Positions 10,151 through 20,446 of a stretch of 64,000 nucleotides of DNA are shown here, piece after piece. The notes beneath the pieces were generated by a model that was given only the letters and a program-made list of their open reading frames with translations, was not told where the DNA came from and ran no database searches. Where the stretch lies: positions 608,001 to 672,000 of the forward strand of contig CBDCJO010000002.1 of assembly GCA_965217865.1 (NCBI GenBank), written 5' to 3'. The stretch comes from Candidatus Latescibacterota bacterium (GTDB lineage Bacteria > Latescibacterota > UBA2968 > SICM01). The first letter of the stretch is position 1; each line of letters begins with the position of its first letter. Position numbers and translations under genes: made by a program.

Positions 10151-12601
10151 TCACTCCTTGTTCGGATCGAGGCGGTCGAGAAATCGTCCAGCGGTTCGTT
10201 GCGTAATGGGAAAGGCCAGCCCTGCCACCCAGAGGCGGGCAGTTTCGGGAGACGTGGTACCGCCGCGCACGGTGCAACGGACACCAGCGGCATGCAGACG
10301 ACGCAAAGCAAGGGCGATGGCTGACGCGGCATTGCCCGCAGCAAGACGGCGGACAATCACCGGGTCGGCGCCGATATCGAGCTTGTTTCCGGAGCGGGTT
10401 TTGAGAGGCCAGGGAAGCATGCAGAGGCGAATCGCCATCCAGGCGTCGTCAGGCCAGTTCGACGTCTGGGGCAGTTCCATGGGGAGGCATTGCTCCGCCC
10501 AGGCCTTGCGGTCCAGAGCCATAAGGGCGCGCGCCATAGCCAATGTTCGATCCAGGTCCACGCCTCCTGATAGCAACGCGACGAGATCGGCGGTGCAGGC
10601 CGCGGCGCGAGGCCCAGCTTTGAGCGGCAGATGTCGATCGCCGCGTTGTGAAGCCTCAACTAAGCGCCGTTCGATCAAGGCGACGGCATCGTCAACCCCG
10701 CGGCGACCATGCATGACGACTTCAGGTTGCACATCCAGCCGTGTACCGGCTCCCGTGCCGGTCGTAGCGAAGCGCCACGGCTGCTTACGATCCAAGGACA
10801 GCCAATGCCGTCGGATCGGATCGATTGGCGTTCCCTTTTCACGGCGGAACCCGCGTGCCTGTAACGCGAAGGCGACCGCTAATCGAGCCTCGGGGGTTCC
10901 ATCATAGGTGGCGGCCACCCACTCAGGACGCAAGCGAGGCACAGGTTGAGCACCGTAGCCACTGCCATGGGCCATTATCTCTTCAACTTCCCCCAACTGT
11001 AGGATGACACGCTGCCAGGATTCGTGCTGGTAGGGATGTTGGGTCGCAGTGAAGAGAGCCTCGACGAGACGCCTCTCGACCGCAACAAGGCGAGCCGGCG
11101 CGTTCTGGTCGCGCGCCTCTCGGCGTATGTGACGTAGCCATGTATCAAGATCGTCAATGCAGGCCAAGTGTTCGGACTGCTGATCCGCAACATCGAATCG
11201 ACCCAACGGTACGGCGAGATTGGATTTACCGTTACGTTCGATGTAGCCGTATCGTTGAAACGCACTGATGCCTCGCGCTGTGCCCAGCCGCACAACGGCC
11301 CGCGCAAGGTCCAGAGGTTCGCGTACGGCCTTGGCGCCAACCTGTGCGCGTCCCTCTGCAAGCAAATGGCGTAGCTCCGTAAAGGTCGATGGGTGCGACC
11401 AAAGCGGCATCCACTGCTCGCCCCGGGCGCTCTCATCGTGGGCTGATGCACTGGCGTAGCCCGCGCTGCACGCATTGACGACAAACGGTGAGGCCGCACG
11501 CGATGAATCCAACGACCCGAAGCGGCGCGTTGCATGCGAAATGAATACAGTGGCGCCCTCAAGCATGAGCACAAAGTCCAACGGATTCACCATGCTGTTC
11601 CCCTCCGGGCCATTGCCGTTGTTCGCTCCTCCGGCAGTGCCAGGCAGGTATTGGCCGACAGGTCGCCCCGTCGGATAGTCAGAAATGAGCACACCCCAAA
11701 GCGAACCTTGAACCCAAGAAGTCGCAGTATGTCGGGGTTTGCCTTGGTCACTAGCAAGGTCGAAGACCTCAACGAGCCACTGCATAAAGTTGTTTGTGAA
11801 GTCAAGATTGCCGTCGTTGCCTCCGGTGCCAAGCAATGCCGGACTATTGAACTGATTGTTCGATTCTCTAAGCCGTCTTTTGTAGTTTTCCGATCCCTTC
11901 ATCCTGGAGAATAGCTCTTTTAGGCGTTGGTTTTCTTCCTTAAGCTGGTCCTTTTCTGCTCCTTTTGTCTTCAAATCCTTGATTGTTTTTTCGGCTATAT
12001 CTCTGGTATGCAAGAATTCTTTATAATCTTCGGCAGCCTTGATCTGTTCTTTTGCCTTCTTGAGTCGTTGTTCTGCTTTCTCCAAGTCACGTTTGTTCTC
12101 GGAATCTCTGATTTGATCTCTGTCTTTTTGGGCTTTACTTAGGTCAGAATGCAGCCGCTCGTAGTCTTCCAAATATCTGCGCCGATCTCTCTCCACGTCG
12201 TGCTCACCGGTCTTGGTCTCCGCCTTTATATCTCTGACTTTTTTATCAGCCCTTGATAGATCATCAAGCGCAGAACGGCTGGCTTTGATTGCATTGCGGA
12301 AGTTTTTGAATCGAACGGCCTTGGATTTCTCGATTTGAGATAGAGCTGAGCCCTTAGCGATGAAGAACCCGGATCCCTTGTTCCACGGCGACACAAGGGG
12401 CGTCGGTTGATACCGGTATAAGAAAAATCTCTCAAGCTCCTCGCGGGTTAAGGTGGTCGCTAGTTGAAAGTGATCCCCGTCCCACCAACCACGAGCGTTG
12501 GCGTCAACCTGTTCGGAAACCAAGCGCAGGATGCCAAGCGCCTTGAGGTAGTGTGCGAGTGGAGCCGGTGCACAGCCGTGGAGTCGATGGATGTGAATCA
12601 T
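10151..12601 (-). CDS. csx17: Type I-G Csx17 (Cas8g) with a charged coiled-coil insertion
   Basis: GCAPAPLAHYLKALGILRLV, PLVSPWNKGSGF, PALLGTGGNDGNLDF, NPLDFVLMLEG, ARGEQWMPLW, FQRYGYIERNG. Confidence 0.92.
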   Translation of the reverse strand: MIHIHRLHGCAPAPLAHYLKALGILRLVSEQVDANARGWWDGDHFQLATTLTREELERFFLYRYQPTPLVSPWNKGSGFFIAKGSALSQIEKSKAVRFKNFRNAIKASRSALDDLSRADKKVRDIKAETKTGEHDVERDRRRYLEDYERLHSDLSKAQKDRDQIRDSENKRDLEKAEQRLKKAKEQIKAAEDYKEFLHTRDIAEKTIKDLKTKGAEKDQLKEENQRLKELFSRMKGSENYKRRLRESNNQFNSPALLGTGGNDGNLDFTNNFMQWLVEVFDLASDQGKPRHTATSWVQGSLWGVLISDYPTGRPVGQYLPGTAGGANNGNGPEGNSMVNPLDFVLMLEGATVFISHATRRFGSLDSSRAASPFVVNACSAGYASASAHDESARGEQWMPLWSHPSTFTELRHLLAEGRAQVGAKAVREPLDLARAVVRLGTARGISAFQRYGYIERNGKSNLAVPLGRFDVADQQSEHLACIDDLDTWLRHIRREARDQNAPARLVAVERRLVEALFTATQHPYQHESWQRVILQLGEVEEIMAHGSGYGAQPVPRLRPEWVAATYDGTPEARLAVAFALQARGFRREKGTPIDPIRRHWLSLDRKQPWRFATTGTGAGTRLDVQPEVVMHGRRGVDDAVALIERRLVEASQRGDRHLPLKAGPRAAACTADLVALLSGGVDLDRTLAMARALMALDRKAWAEQCLPMELPQTSNWPDDAWMAIRLCMLPWPLKTRSGNKLDIGADPVIVRRLAAGNAASAIALALRRLHAAGVRCTVRGGTTSPETARLWVAGLAFPITQRTAGRFLDRLDPNKE

Positions 12602-12739
12602 AGTCAACTCTTTTGCTCGAAACGACGGCACCAAATTGCGGCGTGGAGTAGTGAATCGTGTCGGTCGTAGTTTCGTAGGGCGGTTAAGTAGCGCGGGGAT
12701 TCTTCTCCAGTCGATATAGCGAGATCTACGAGCGGCAGG

Positions 12740-15538
12740 TCAAGCCAGCACATTGGTCTCTTTCTCGAGTAAAGGATCAGCAACCGCTTGAGCCGAGGCC
12801 CGAAGGTCGGCGGCGCGCAGTATTGCTTCCAGCCAGGCAAGGGTAAATGGTCCAAAGCGTTCGACCAGATTCAGCACGCGTTCGGTCCAACTCTTGCCCG
12901 TGCGCGGGCTCAGGCCAGCCGCAGACGGTGAGAGGTCAAGCGCGGTAGCTGGCAGTTGGTGAAGCACTCCGTCAGAGGTTGCCAGCGGTAGCGTCGGCAA
13001 CATCTCACCTTCGCGAACGCCGCGGATGCGTAGCCGGGTATCGTCCGCCTTCTGGTCCGCAGGGCCGGAGTGCCATGTCATGCGAACCTTACCGTGATGG
13101 GCGCAGACGAGGTAGGCGACCAGATCGAACTCCTCACCGCTTAGATCGAGGATTTCCTGTTCGATGGTCGTGAGTTCAGCGGGCGCTGGGTCTACGCAAA
13201 CGGCATCTTCCCCCGGATTGAAAAAAGCGCTGTTTGTTTCACTTATGGCGCCCAACCACTCGCGCCAAGGACCGAGAAGAGCCTGATGTTCCGGATCGTG
13301 ACGTTGGAGCACGCCAAACAGGCCCAGTGTGCTGGCCAATTCGTGGCGGAAACCGCGCCGCTGGTCAGTAGAGTCGATGCGGTAATAGTTGCTCGCACTG
13401 CACGGCCACGCGATATCCGGCGCCTTGGCAATGTCGTCGCGTACGGGACGGTTTTCAGCCTTGATCGAGCCCTGAAAAGCGGGATGTGCCTTGCCGAGAT
13501 CATGCCAGCGTCCTGCCAAGTGCAACAGTTTGGCGAGGGCCGGGGGGACTTGGTCCGCGATGCGTTCGACTTCCCGTCCCACCTGCAGGCCGTGGCTGGC
13601 GATGGTTTGCCAGCCGTCGGTGAGACTCAGGGATTCGTCGTCTTCACTCGCGTCCGCATACTCGTCAGGTGGAAGTTCACGCACGCGCCGCTCGCCCGGG
13701 CACCAGCCGTCGCCATCGCGTTTCCAGCAAGGATGTCTGGCGTACTGAACTGCCTCGTCCACTGGTACGGGGTCAACTTGGCCCTTCGCGTGTGGGTCCC
13801 AGCCGCGACCTTCGTCGTACCCCCCCACGCGACTCTCCACCAGCACTGTCTGGCCGGGGTAGAGATCACGGCGCTTGACCTCACGCCATTCGCGGTTCAG
13901 CCAATCCCAGACCCAGGCATGCTTGTCAGGTTTCAGGTTCTCGGACTTCGGTCTGCATAGCCAGTCACGGGCTTTGAGAAAGGGCACGCTACAAAGCTCG
14001 CTACGAGTAGGTTTCATATCCGAGGATGGCTCACCACCATCGACGTCGGCCCAGAAGACCTGTACGTCGCGTTCATCGCCCGACCGGATAAAGCGGCTGA
14101 TATCGATGTCTGCCCCCGATAGATCTGGTGAGGTGTCGAACAGTTCGTTCAACTCGTGGCGCAGCAGCAGATGCGTGGGTTGATAGGGATAGAGGCGCGG
14201 CAGCAACTCAACGTTCTCTTCCTCGAAGCGCTCAAGATGGCTCGGCGCAACGTCGTGCAACAAGTTGCAGGCATCGCGCGCAACGGCAAGCTCGTCCATC
14301 GTATATGGCGACGCCTTCTTATCGGTGCCGTGCTCGAAATCGGCGACAATGACCTCACCTGCACCGCCCCATCGAGCGCAACGACCGAATCGTTGCACCA
14401 GGCTGGTCCATGGCGCAAGTTCGGTGACCAACAGTGATGCCGAGATGTCCACACCAGCTTCGACCACCTGAGTGGAAACGATGATGCGATTCGTCCCGGC
14501 GGTACAAGCTGCGCGATTGAGGAAATCGCCGCACCAAGCTAAGCGTTTGGTGGGGCGAAACCGGCTGTGTACCAAGCGAACATCTGTGTCAGCCAGCGCC
14601 TTTTCTGACTTGAGTGCTTTCCAAACGTCAACGGCCCGCTCGACCGTATTGAGCACGACCAGCGTTGGTTCTTCTTTCCCACGGCCGAGATGTCTGTGAC
14701 GCTGAGAAACGTATCGAGCGAGCGCCTTTGGATTCTTGAATGCGGCGACTTCGACGGGCTTCTGTACACCGTCCCATAGACGACCGGTCCTGTCCTTGGG
14801 TTCGATGCTGTGGGTTCTTTGCGCCAGTTCGGGGACCAAGTCGGCGGTGTCCGGGCTCGTCTCCAGCCAGTCACGCTGTAACGTGGCGCTCATCCACCAA
14901 GTGAAACAGGGGCGCAGCGACTTGCTGGCTTCCCGGTCTTCGGTCCGAAAAACCTGAATCTGTCCCGAGGTGGCAAGGCCCACATCCATCAACTGCACTT
15001 CATCCATCACCCAAAGGGCGTCCTGGTTCAGCAGACCGAATTCCATGGGCCAACGCGCCCGTGGGCTGGCGTAGCCCCGGTTCATGGCGCGCGACAGCAA
15101 CATGTCCTGCGTGCCGATCAATACGGCATCGCACTCGGGATAAAGATGCCACTGACCGGCGTCCACACCGCCCATGAGCAAATGGACGCCGATCTTTCCG
15201 TCATGCGCGCTCTTCTTATCCCACAGCACTCCGAGACGTTCGAGTACTGCCCGGGCTTCTTTCTCTGTCTGCTCGACAAGCACCCGCATAGGTAGGCACC
15301 AAATCAGGCGGCGAGGCCAATCGTCGTTTCGTTGCCGCACCCGATGCCATGTCCAGGCCGCGAACACGCCCAGCGTCTTTCCAAATCCGGTCGGGATGCG
15401 TATTAGCCGGTTACCGCAATCTTTGGAAGTTGCCAGTTTCGTTTGCCAAGTGAGCGGTTCCGTCTTGCCGCACAACTTGGTAAAGAACTTGGCGAAATCT
15501 GTCGCGTTCATCTCACTTACGACCATCGCTTCGCTCAT
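12740..15538 (-). CDS. cas3: Type I-G Cas3 helicase with C-terminal HD nuclease
   Basis: IPTGFGKT, MDEVQLM, MSAT, HSRFR, STQVVEAGVD, QRFGRCAR; C-terminal HDLGKAH, RHELAS, HHG, RAAD. Confidence 0.95.
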   Translation of the reverse strand: MSEAMVVSEMNATDFAKFFTKLCGKTEPLTWQTKLATSKDCGNRLIRIPTGFGKTLGVFAAWTWHRVRQRNDDWPRRLIWCLPMRVLVEQTEKEARAVLERLGVLWDKKSAHDGKIGVHLLMGGVDAGQWHLYPECDAVLIGTQDMLLSRAMNRGYASPRARWPMEFGLLNQDALWVMDEVQLMDVGLATSGQIQVFRTEDREASKSLRPCFTWWMSATLQRDWLETSPDTADLVPELAQRTHSIEPKDRTGRLWDGVQKPVEVAAFKNPKALARYVSQRHRHLGRGKEEPTLVVLNTVERAVDVWKALKSEKALADTDVRLVHSRFRPTKRLAWCGDFLNRAACTAGTNRIIVSTQVVEAGVDISASLLVTELAPWTSLVQRFGRCARWGGAGEVIVADFEHGTDKKASPYTMDELAVARDACNLLHDVAPSHLERFEEENVELLPRLYPYQPTHLLLRHELNELFDTSPDLSGADIDISRFIRSGDERDVQVFWADVDGGEPSSDMKPTRSELCSVPFLKARDWLCRPKSENLKPDKHAWVWDWLNREWREVKRRDLYPGQTVLVESRVGGYDEGRGWDPHAKGQVDPVPVDEAVQYARHPCWKRDGDGWCPGERRVRELPPDEYADASEDDESLSLTDGWQTIASHGLQVGREVERIADQVPPALAKLLHLAGRWHDLGKAHPAFQGSIKAENRPVRDDIAKAPDIAWPCSASNYYRIDSTDQRRGFRHELASTLGLFGVLQRHDPEHQALLGPWREWLGAISETNSAFFNPGEDAVCVDPAPAELTTIEQEILDLSGEEFDLVAYLVCAHHGKVRMTWHSGPADQKADDTRLRIRGVREGEMLPTLPLATSDGVLHQLPATALDLSPSAAGLSPRTGKSWTERVLNLVERFGPFTLAWLEAILRAADLRASAQAVADPLLEKETNVLA

Positions 15539-15707
15539 CCACGTGGCGGTCGGTCGACAATTATGTCTTGGACAAGGTGCGGTACTTCTTGCAGAGACGG
15601 CACTCGCGAGGCACCCAGAAGTTCAGTGATTGAGGTGGTGTTTGGCCAGCGGGAAGTGATCCGGCTACGGCATATGTATAATACACTTTTGCGAGGTATG
15701 CGTCAAG

Positions 15708-15914
15708 TTGCCCCGGCCGCTGACGGCAAGCGAGGACGCGGCGATCCACGCCAACAACGTCTTCGCCTTTGAACTGCTGCGCGAGGTGGCTGAAGAAACC
15801 GAACCGGGTAAGAATGTGTTCGTGTCTCCGCTGAGCGTGTCGATGGCGATTGGAATGACCCTGAACGGCGTCGCGGCAGATTCGACTGCCATGACGCTCA
15901 CGTTTAGCGGGTGA
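15708..15914 (+). pseudogene. Serpin N-terminal fragment
   Basis: ANNVFAFELLRE...NVFVSPLSVSMAIGMTLNG matches the serpin helix A / shutter motif; only about 68 aa remain. Confidence 0.75.
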
Positions 15915-15925
15915 GCTCCACGGCT

Positions 15926-16777
15926 TCAGAACACGTAGCGCAAGGATATCCGAAGTCCATGGCTCGACAGATTCGCTCTGGTTTCGGCAAGATCGATCTC
16001 CAGCGGGTCGCGACTTCCGTCGCGCCAGACAATCCGACCCTTGGTCTTGCCGGTTTCGACGATGCCGGAATCCGTGTAACGCCAAGCAAGACCAAGGATC
16101 ATCCTCTTCCGTAGCGATGTCGACACTCCCGCGGTCAGCATCCAGGCGAAATTAACCGTCGTCCCGCGCGGAACGACGGTCGTCGTCTTCAGGAACGCCA
16201 TCCGCGTTTCATCAATACCGATGCGGGACAGGCCGACGCCACCCCCGGTAAAGGGGCTGAAGGGACCGAGCCGGGGCAGGCCAGATTCGGCAAGGTCCAG
16301 GTAAGCGGCAAGCATGCCGGACAGGGAGGCCAAATTCGCCGAAACCGCCTGCCTGTCCGTGGCCTTGGGTTGCACAAAATTGGCGCGACCCTCGAATGAA
16401 AAGCCCGGATGATACTGAATCACAGCCTCCAGCCGCAGGGCAGGCACCACGACATAGCCAACCCCGAGATTGAAACCGGCCATTGGTCCGAAATCGCCGA
16501 GCGAGCTCAAAGGTGCGCCGTCCACGCCGGTCCCGCAGCCATAAAGCGCATTCGGAGAGGCGCTCGAACAATCCTTATCCTTGAATCGCGTTTTTCCCGA
16601 CCAGTCGAAAACAACTCCCGTCACCAAATAGAAATCTTCAGGCGACATAGTGGGCAGGCCCGCCTGCGCGAATGCCATGACCGGAATGACAGCCGCCATA
16701 ACAGCCGAGACGAGTGCCGTCCGGAGCCATAATGCACAAAAACCGATCATCGATTCGTGGCGTTTGGACGTTTTCAA
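15926..16777 (-). CDS. Outer-membrane beta-barrel protein (opacity/OmpA-like)
   Basis: Signal peptide (AFAQA), LRLEA, MLAAYLD, FSPFTGGGVGLS, FAWMLTAG, C-terminal LRYVF. Confidence 0.8.
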   Translation of the reverse strand: MKTSKRHESMIGFCALWLRTALVSAVMAAVIPVMAFAQAGLPTMSPEDFYLVTGVVFDWSGKTRFKDKDCSSASPNALYGCGTGVDGAPLSSLGDFGPMAGFNLGVGYVVVPALRLEAVIQYHPGFSFEGRANFVQPKATDRQAVSANLASLSGMLAAYLDLAESGLPRLGPFSPFTGGGVGLSRIGIDETRMAFLKTTTVVPRGTTVNFAWMLTAGVSTSLRKRMILGLAWRYTDSGIVETGKTKGRIVWRDGSRDPLEIDLAETRANLSSHGLRISLRYVF

Positions 16778-17296
16778 GATGTGTTATTCCCTTGTACATA
16801 TCCCATATTTACCAGCATATTGAGTTTTTTTGACATTCGGTTTTTTCCCCTTCATCGTGCAATGGAGTTCTGGAATGTCCGAGCTCGAACTCCAGGAAAT
16901 CACACGGCAGCCGGAGAACCCTCAAGTTCACCACTTCATCCATTTTGTTCCGGATACGCAGAAGCGTAAAACATGGCTGATCCGATGGTTCTGTCCGGAA
17001 AATCACACGGAAGCCGGAAAATCCTTCACCCCATTTTGTCCTTCCGTACATCAAAAATAGCCCTTTTTCGAAGTTTTTTCCGGCCTCCTTTTCGATTTCC
17101 ACAATAATTCAGTGTTCATCCCACCCATCCTCCTTCAAAACGTTGTATATAATACAATTTTGCAAGATATTCGTCAAGATTTCATCTAAAGAGATCAATG
17201 ATTTTTTTCCTGAATTTTTGCTTGCAACAAGAACCTCGCGGTTTCCGGTATGGGAGTGCAATTCACTTTTGTCCCCCCCCCTTGAAAGTATGACGC

Positions 17297-17881
17297 GCCG
17301 AGAAGGAAAGTACGAGCGCCCAAGATGACGAACTCGCCCACCGGGAATCGGAGAACATGCCGGAGTGGGCCGAGGGCAATGAAGCCGCCTATTGGGAGGC
17401 GGCGGACCAGCATGAGCGGGTCAACGGGCGGCTTTTCCGTGAAGTGGAATTTGCCTTGCCCAGAGAGTTGAACGAGGGCGATCAGGTTGAACTGGCGCGG
17501 GAATTCGCTGGCCGGTTGACCCGCAGCGGCGACGGAGAGCGGTTGCCTTACACGCTTGCCGTGCATCGTGGGAAGGGGGAGAACCCCCACGCCCACCTGA
17601 GGATCTCGGAGTGGGCCAATGATGGCATCGAGCGGGACGCGGCGCAGTGGTTCCGGCGTTACAACGGCAAGGCCCCGGAGAAAGGCGGCGCGCGCAAGAG
17701 CATGACAACGAGGCCGAAGGATTGGCTGGAGCAGACCCGCAAGGATTGGGCCGATCATGTGAACCAGGCGCTGGAGCGGGCGGGGAGCCGGGAGAGGATT
17801 ACCGGAGCGAGCCTGCAGCAGCAGTACCGGGACGCCCTGGAGGCCGGTGACGAGCGCGCGGCCGCTTCCGCTGTCCGGTGA
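17297..17881 (+). pseudogene. mobA: MobA/MobL (MOBQ) relaxase fragment
   Basis: REGKY (out of frame), then MPEWA..YWEAADQHERVNGRLFREVEFALPRELN, YTLAVH, NPHAHL, NDGIER, KGGARK. The N-terminal start is missing and the C-terminus is truncated. Confidence 0.85.
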
Positions 17882-18744
17882 TCTGCCGTAAGACCGGACC
17901 ACCGGGTTCGGCTTCCAGTGAATACGTACCGGAAGACCTTCCCAAACGTCGAACCAGGCTGTTAAACAAGGCCGACGGGAAAAACAGAGAATCAGAGAAT
18001 CCTGAGGAGACATCTCTGCTCAGCGGACGCAACCCCACGGTTGTGCTCGAACACCGGGGGAACGCTTCGAAACAGAGAATCGGCAGAGAGGGGAAGGAGG
18101 TGGCCCAAGTGTTTGTGAATACGGCAGAAACGACAAGACTCCGAAGGGTTGTCCCACGGGGTCTTGCGTTAACGGACGACCGCCGAAGTTGGCGGATTGG
18201 AATATGGCTCCCCATATGATCCTTTCCCCGGAACCATTCTCTGTTCGTCAGACGTAACATGCCGTATTGAAAGGATCTATCGTAATTGCGCCCGCACCGT
18301 CGAGGCGGAAACCATGTCAAGACGTCAAGATCGATTCCCGTTTTTCCAGTCATATCAGTCGTTTCTTCCACATTGGGACCGGCTCCCCAACTGCACCCTT
18401 TTCCTAGCCGCTCACCTTCACGCCAGAGAGAGAAACCTCTTATATTTGAGGGAGTTGTGGAACATGGACGCCTGGAGGGTGCGGGAATCAGTCGACTTTT
18501 TGTCACTGGCCTCAGGTCGGCGTGACGGCGAAGTCGGGGCGATTTCTGGAGTTTTTGGAGATCCTGAAAAGGCCGGGGCGAATCTCAATGTCTCGAACCT
18601 GGCCGTCATCCAACGGGCCGCGACCGCTTCTGATCACTTGGATCTGAAGCTTCCCTAGGTTGACAGCTTCCGGCCAAACGGCTATATTACTGTATTCCGG
18701 GGGAGGGGGAGAGGGGATTCGATCGAAATTTGAGGAACAACCCC

Positions 18745-19002
18745 ATGCAAAGTAGATTGCCCATGCACCGGAGCCCACGATGCGGTGCCAGGACGAGAAG
18801 CGGGATGCCGTGCCGGTCACCCGCGATGACGAACGGCCGTTGCCGGATGCACGGGGGAGCATCGCCCGGCGCACCGGTCGGTAACACGAACGCCTTCAAA
18901 CACGGTCTTTTCACCGCCGCGGCGACCGCCGAGCGGCGGGAAGTGGCTGCGCTCATTCGTGAGATGAAGAGTCTTGTCGAGCAGGTCGACGGTCAAGACT
19001 GA
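18745..19002 (+). CDS. HGGxSTG-type Zn-finger small protein (phage/satellite associated), copy 1
   Basis: RCGARTRSGMPCRSPAMTNGRCRMHGGASPGAP.GNTNAFKHG. Confidence 0.8.
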   Translation: MQSRLPMHRSPRCGARTRSGMPCRSPAMTNGRCRMHGGASPGAPVGNTNAFKHGLFTAAATAERREVAALIREMKSLVEQVDGQD

Positions 19003-19040
19003 CCAGCCGTGCAGCCTGTGCGGTTCCTTTTCGCCCCCCG

Positions 19041-19118
19041 AGACGCTGACCGGCGACGGACGGACGGTGCTGATCGTCGAAGGCGAAAAGTGCGCGGACG
19101 TGGCGGCCCGGGTTTTCA
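19041..19118 (+). pseudogene. Toprim primase fragment
   Basis: Reads ETLTGDGRTVLIVEGEKCADVAARVF (VEGEK.AD Toprim motif), with no intact ORF around it. Confidence 0.55.
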
Positions 19119-19491
19119 ACCGTATCTGACGCTGGCCTTGGCGGCGAAGGGGACCGGTGATCCTTCCCAACGAGTTGGAGAGAGTGATCGGCCCGGGTGA
19201 CCTTTACGGCGGCAGCGATCCGCAGCCTGGGCGCGCGGTCTACACTCCATTCCAGGTAGTATCGCATGGGCTCGAACCGACTTGTGGTTGACAGATATAT
19301 ATCCGTGCACTATATATCGAGGTCGGCTTCAAGTGCGAAGGCCGGGGGAGGACCCGCGTCATTTGCATCTCCGCCACACCAGCGAACCCCGCCCACCCGG
19401 AATACAACGGGGCACGACCGTTCACACCGTCCGCCCGTCCGAACCGCCGAGGCCGTCGCCGTGCTGTCGGCGATGGGTATCGAGAAAAGGG

Positions 19492-19565
19492 GCATTCACC
19501 CATGACCAAAAGGAAATCCGCCAAAGGAAAGGAGCATTCACCCATGACCAAAAGGAAATCCGCCA
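19492..19565 (+). repeat. Two copies of a 32-bp direct repeat (period 42) duplicating a gene start
   Basis: gcattcacccatgaccaaaaggaaatccgcca at 19492 and 19534. Confidence 0.9.
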
Positions 19566-20080
19566 GGGGAGATAAGGTCATGAAAGTCGTCGTAAACGAT
19601 CCGGACGACCGTAAAGGCGAGTTTAAGACCATCGGCGGCTCGCAGTCCGATCACTGGAACAACCTGCTCGGCAATCAGGCGGCGCAGTCCCTCTGGATCG
19701 GGAACTCCGAGACCGAGACCCACAGACAGCAGATCAGTGCCACCGCCGCCGCGCTGGCCAGCATCGGTCCGAGGGACGAGTTGGAGGGCATGATGGCGGC
19801 GCAGCTGATCGCCGCCCACAACGCCGCGATGGAGTGCTATCGCCGCGCCATGTTCGTCGACCAGACCTTCGTGGGGCGGCGCGAGAGCCTGAACCAGGCG
19901 AACAAGCTGTCCCGAACGTGGACGACCCTGCTGGAGGCCCTCGACAAGCATCGCGGCAAGGGGCAGCAGAAGGTGACGGTCGAGCATGTGTACGTCCACG
20001 CGGGTGGGCAGGCAGTGGTCGGCATGGTCGAAACACAGGGGAGGGATCGCACTAAATCGGAGGCACAATCCCCTGCATAG
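19502..20080 (+). CDS. Conserved hypothetical protein typically upstream of HGGxSTG genes in integrated elements
   Basis: ELEGMMAAQLIAAHNAAMECYRRA...ANKLSRT...RGKGQQKVTVEHV.VHAGGQAVVG. Confidence 0.7.
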   Translation: MTKRKSAKGKEHSPMTKRKSARGDKVMKVVVNDPDDRKGEFKTIGGSQSDHWNNLLGNQAAQSLWIGNSETETHRQQISATAAALASIGPRDELEGMMAAQLIAAHNAAMECYRRAMFVDQTFVGRRESLNQANKLSRTWTTLLEALDKHRGKGQQKVTVEHVYVHAGGQAVVGMVETQGRDRTKSEAQSPA

Positions 20081-20083
20081 CAC

Positions 20084-20341
20084 TTGCCCATGCACCGGAG
20101 CCCGCGTTGCGGCGCCTGGACGAGAAGCGGGATGCCGTGCCGGTCACCCGCGATGACGAACGGTCGTTGCCGGATGCACGGGGGAGCATCGCCCGGCGCA
20201 CCGGCCGGTAACACGAACGCCTTCAAACACGGTCTTTTCACCGCCGCGGCGATCGCCGAGCGGCGGGAAACGGCTGCGCTTATTCGTGAGATGGAGGGCC
20301 TTTCTGCCGCTGGGATACCTACCCTACCGGAGACCGTCTGA
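20084..20341 (+). CDS. HGGxSTG-type small protein, copy 2
   Basis: 20084-20293 is nearly identical to 18757-18966. Confidence 0.8.
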   Translation: MPMHRSPRCGAWTRSGMPCRSPAMTNGRCRMHGGASPGAPAGNTNAFKHGLFTAAAIAERRETAALIREMEGLSAAGIPTLPETV

Positions 20342-20446
20342 AAGTGTCGGAGAAGAGGTCAGGAGACGATCTGGCCCAGGATGGAGTGTCGAAAAAATAT
20401 CCTTGGTAGTAGTATATGACGGTTAGAGGGGCCACCCGGGAGTGAT

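Noticed and set aside
19492-19565. 32-bp repeat pair as CRISPR
   Set aside because: Only two copies with a 10-bp gap; it duplicates a gene start.
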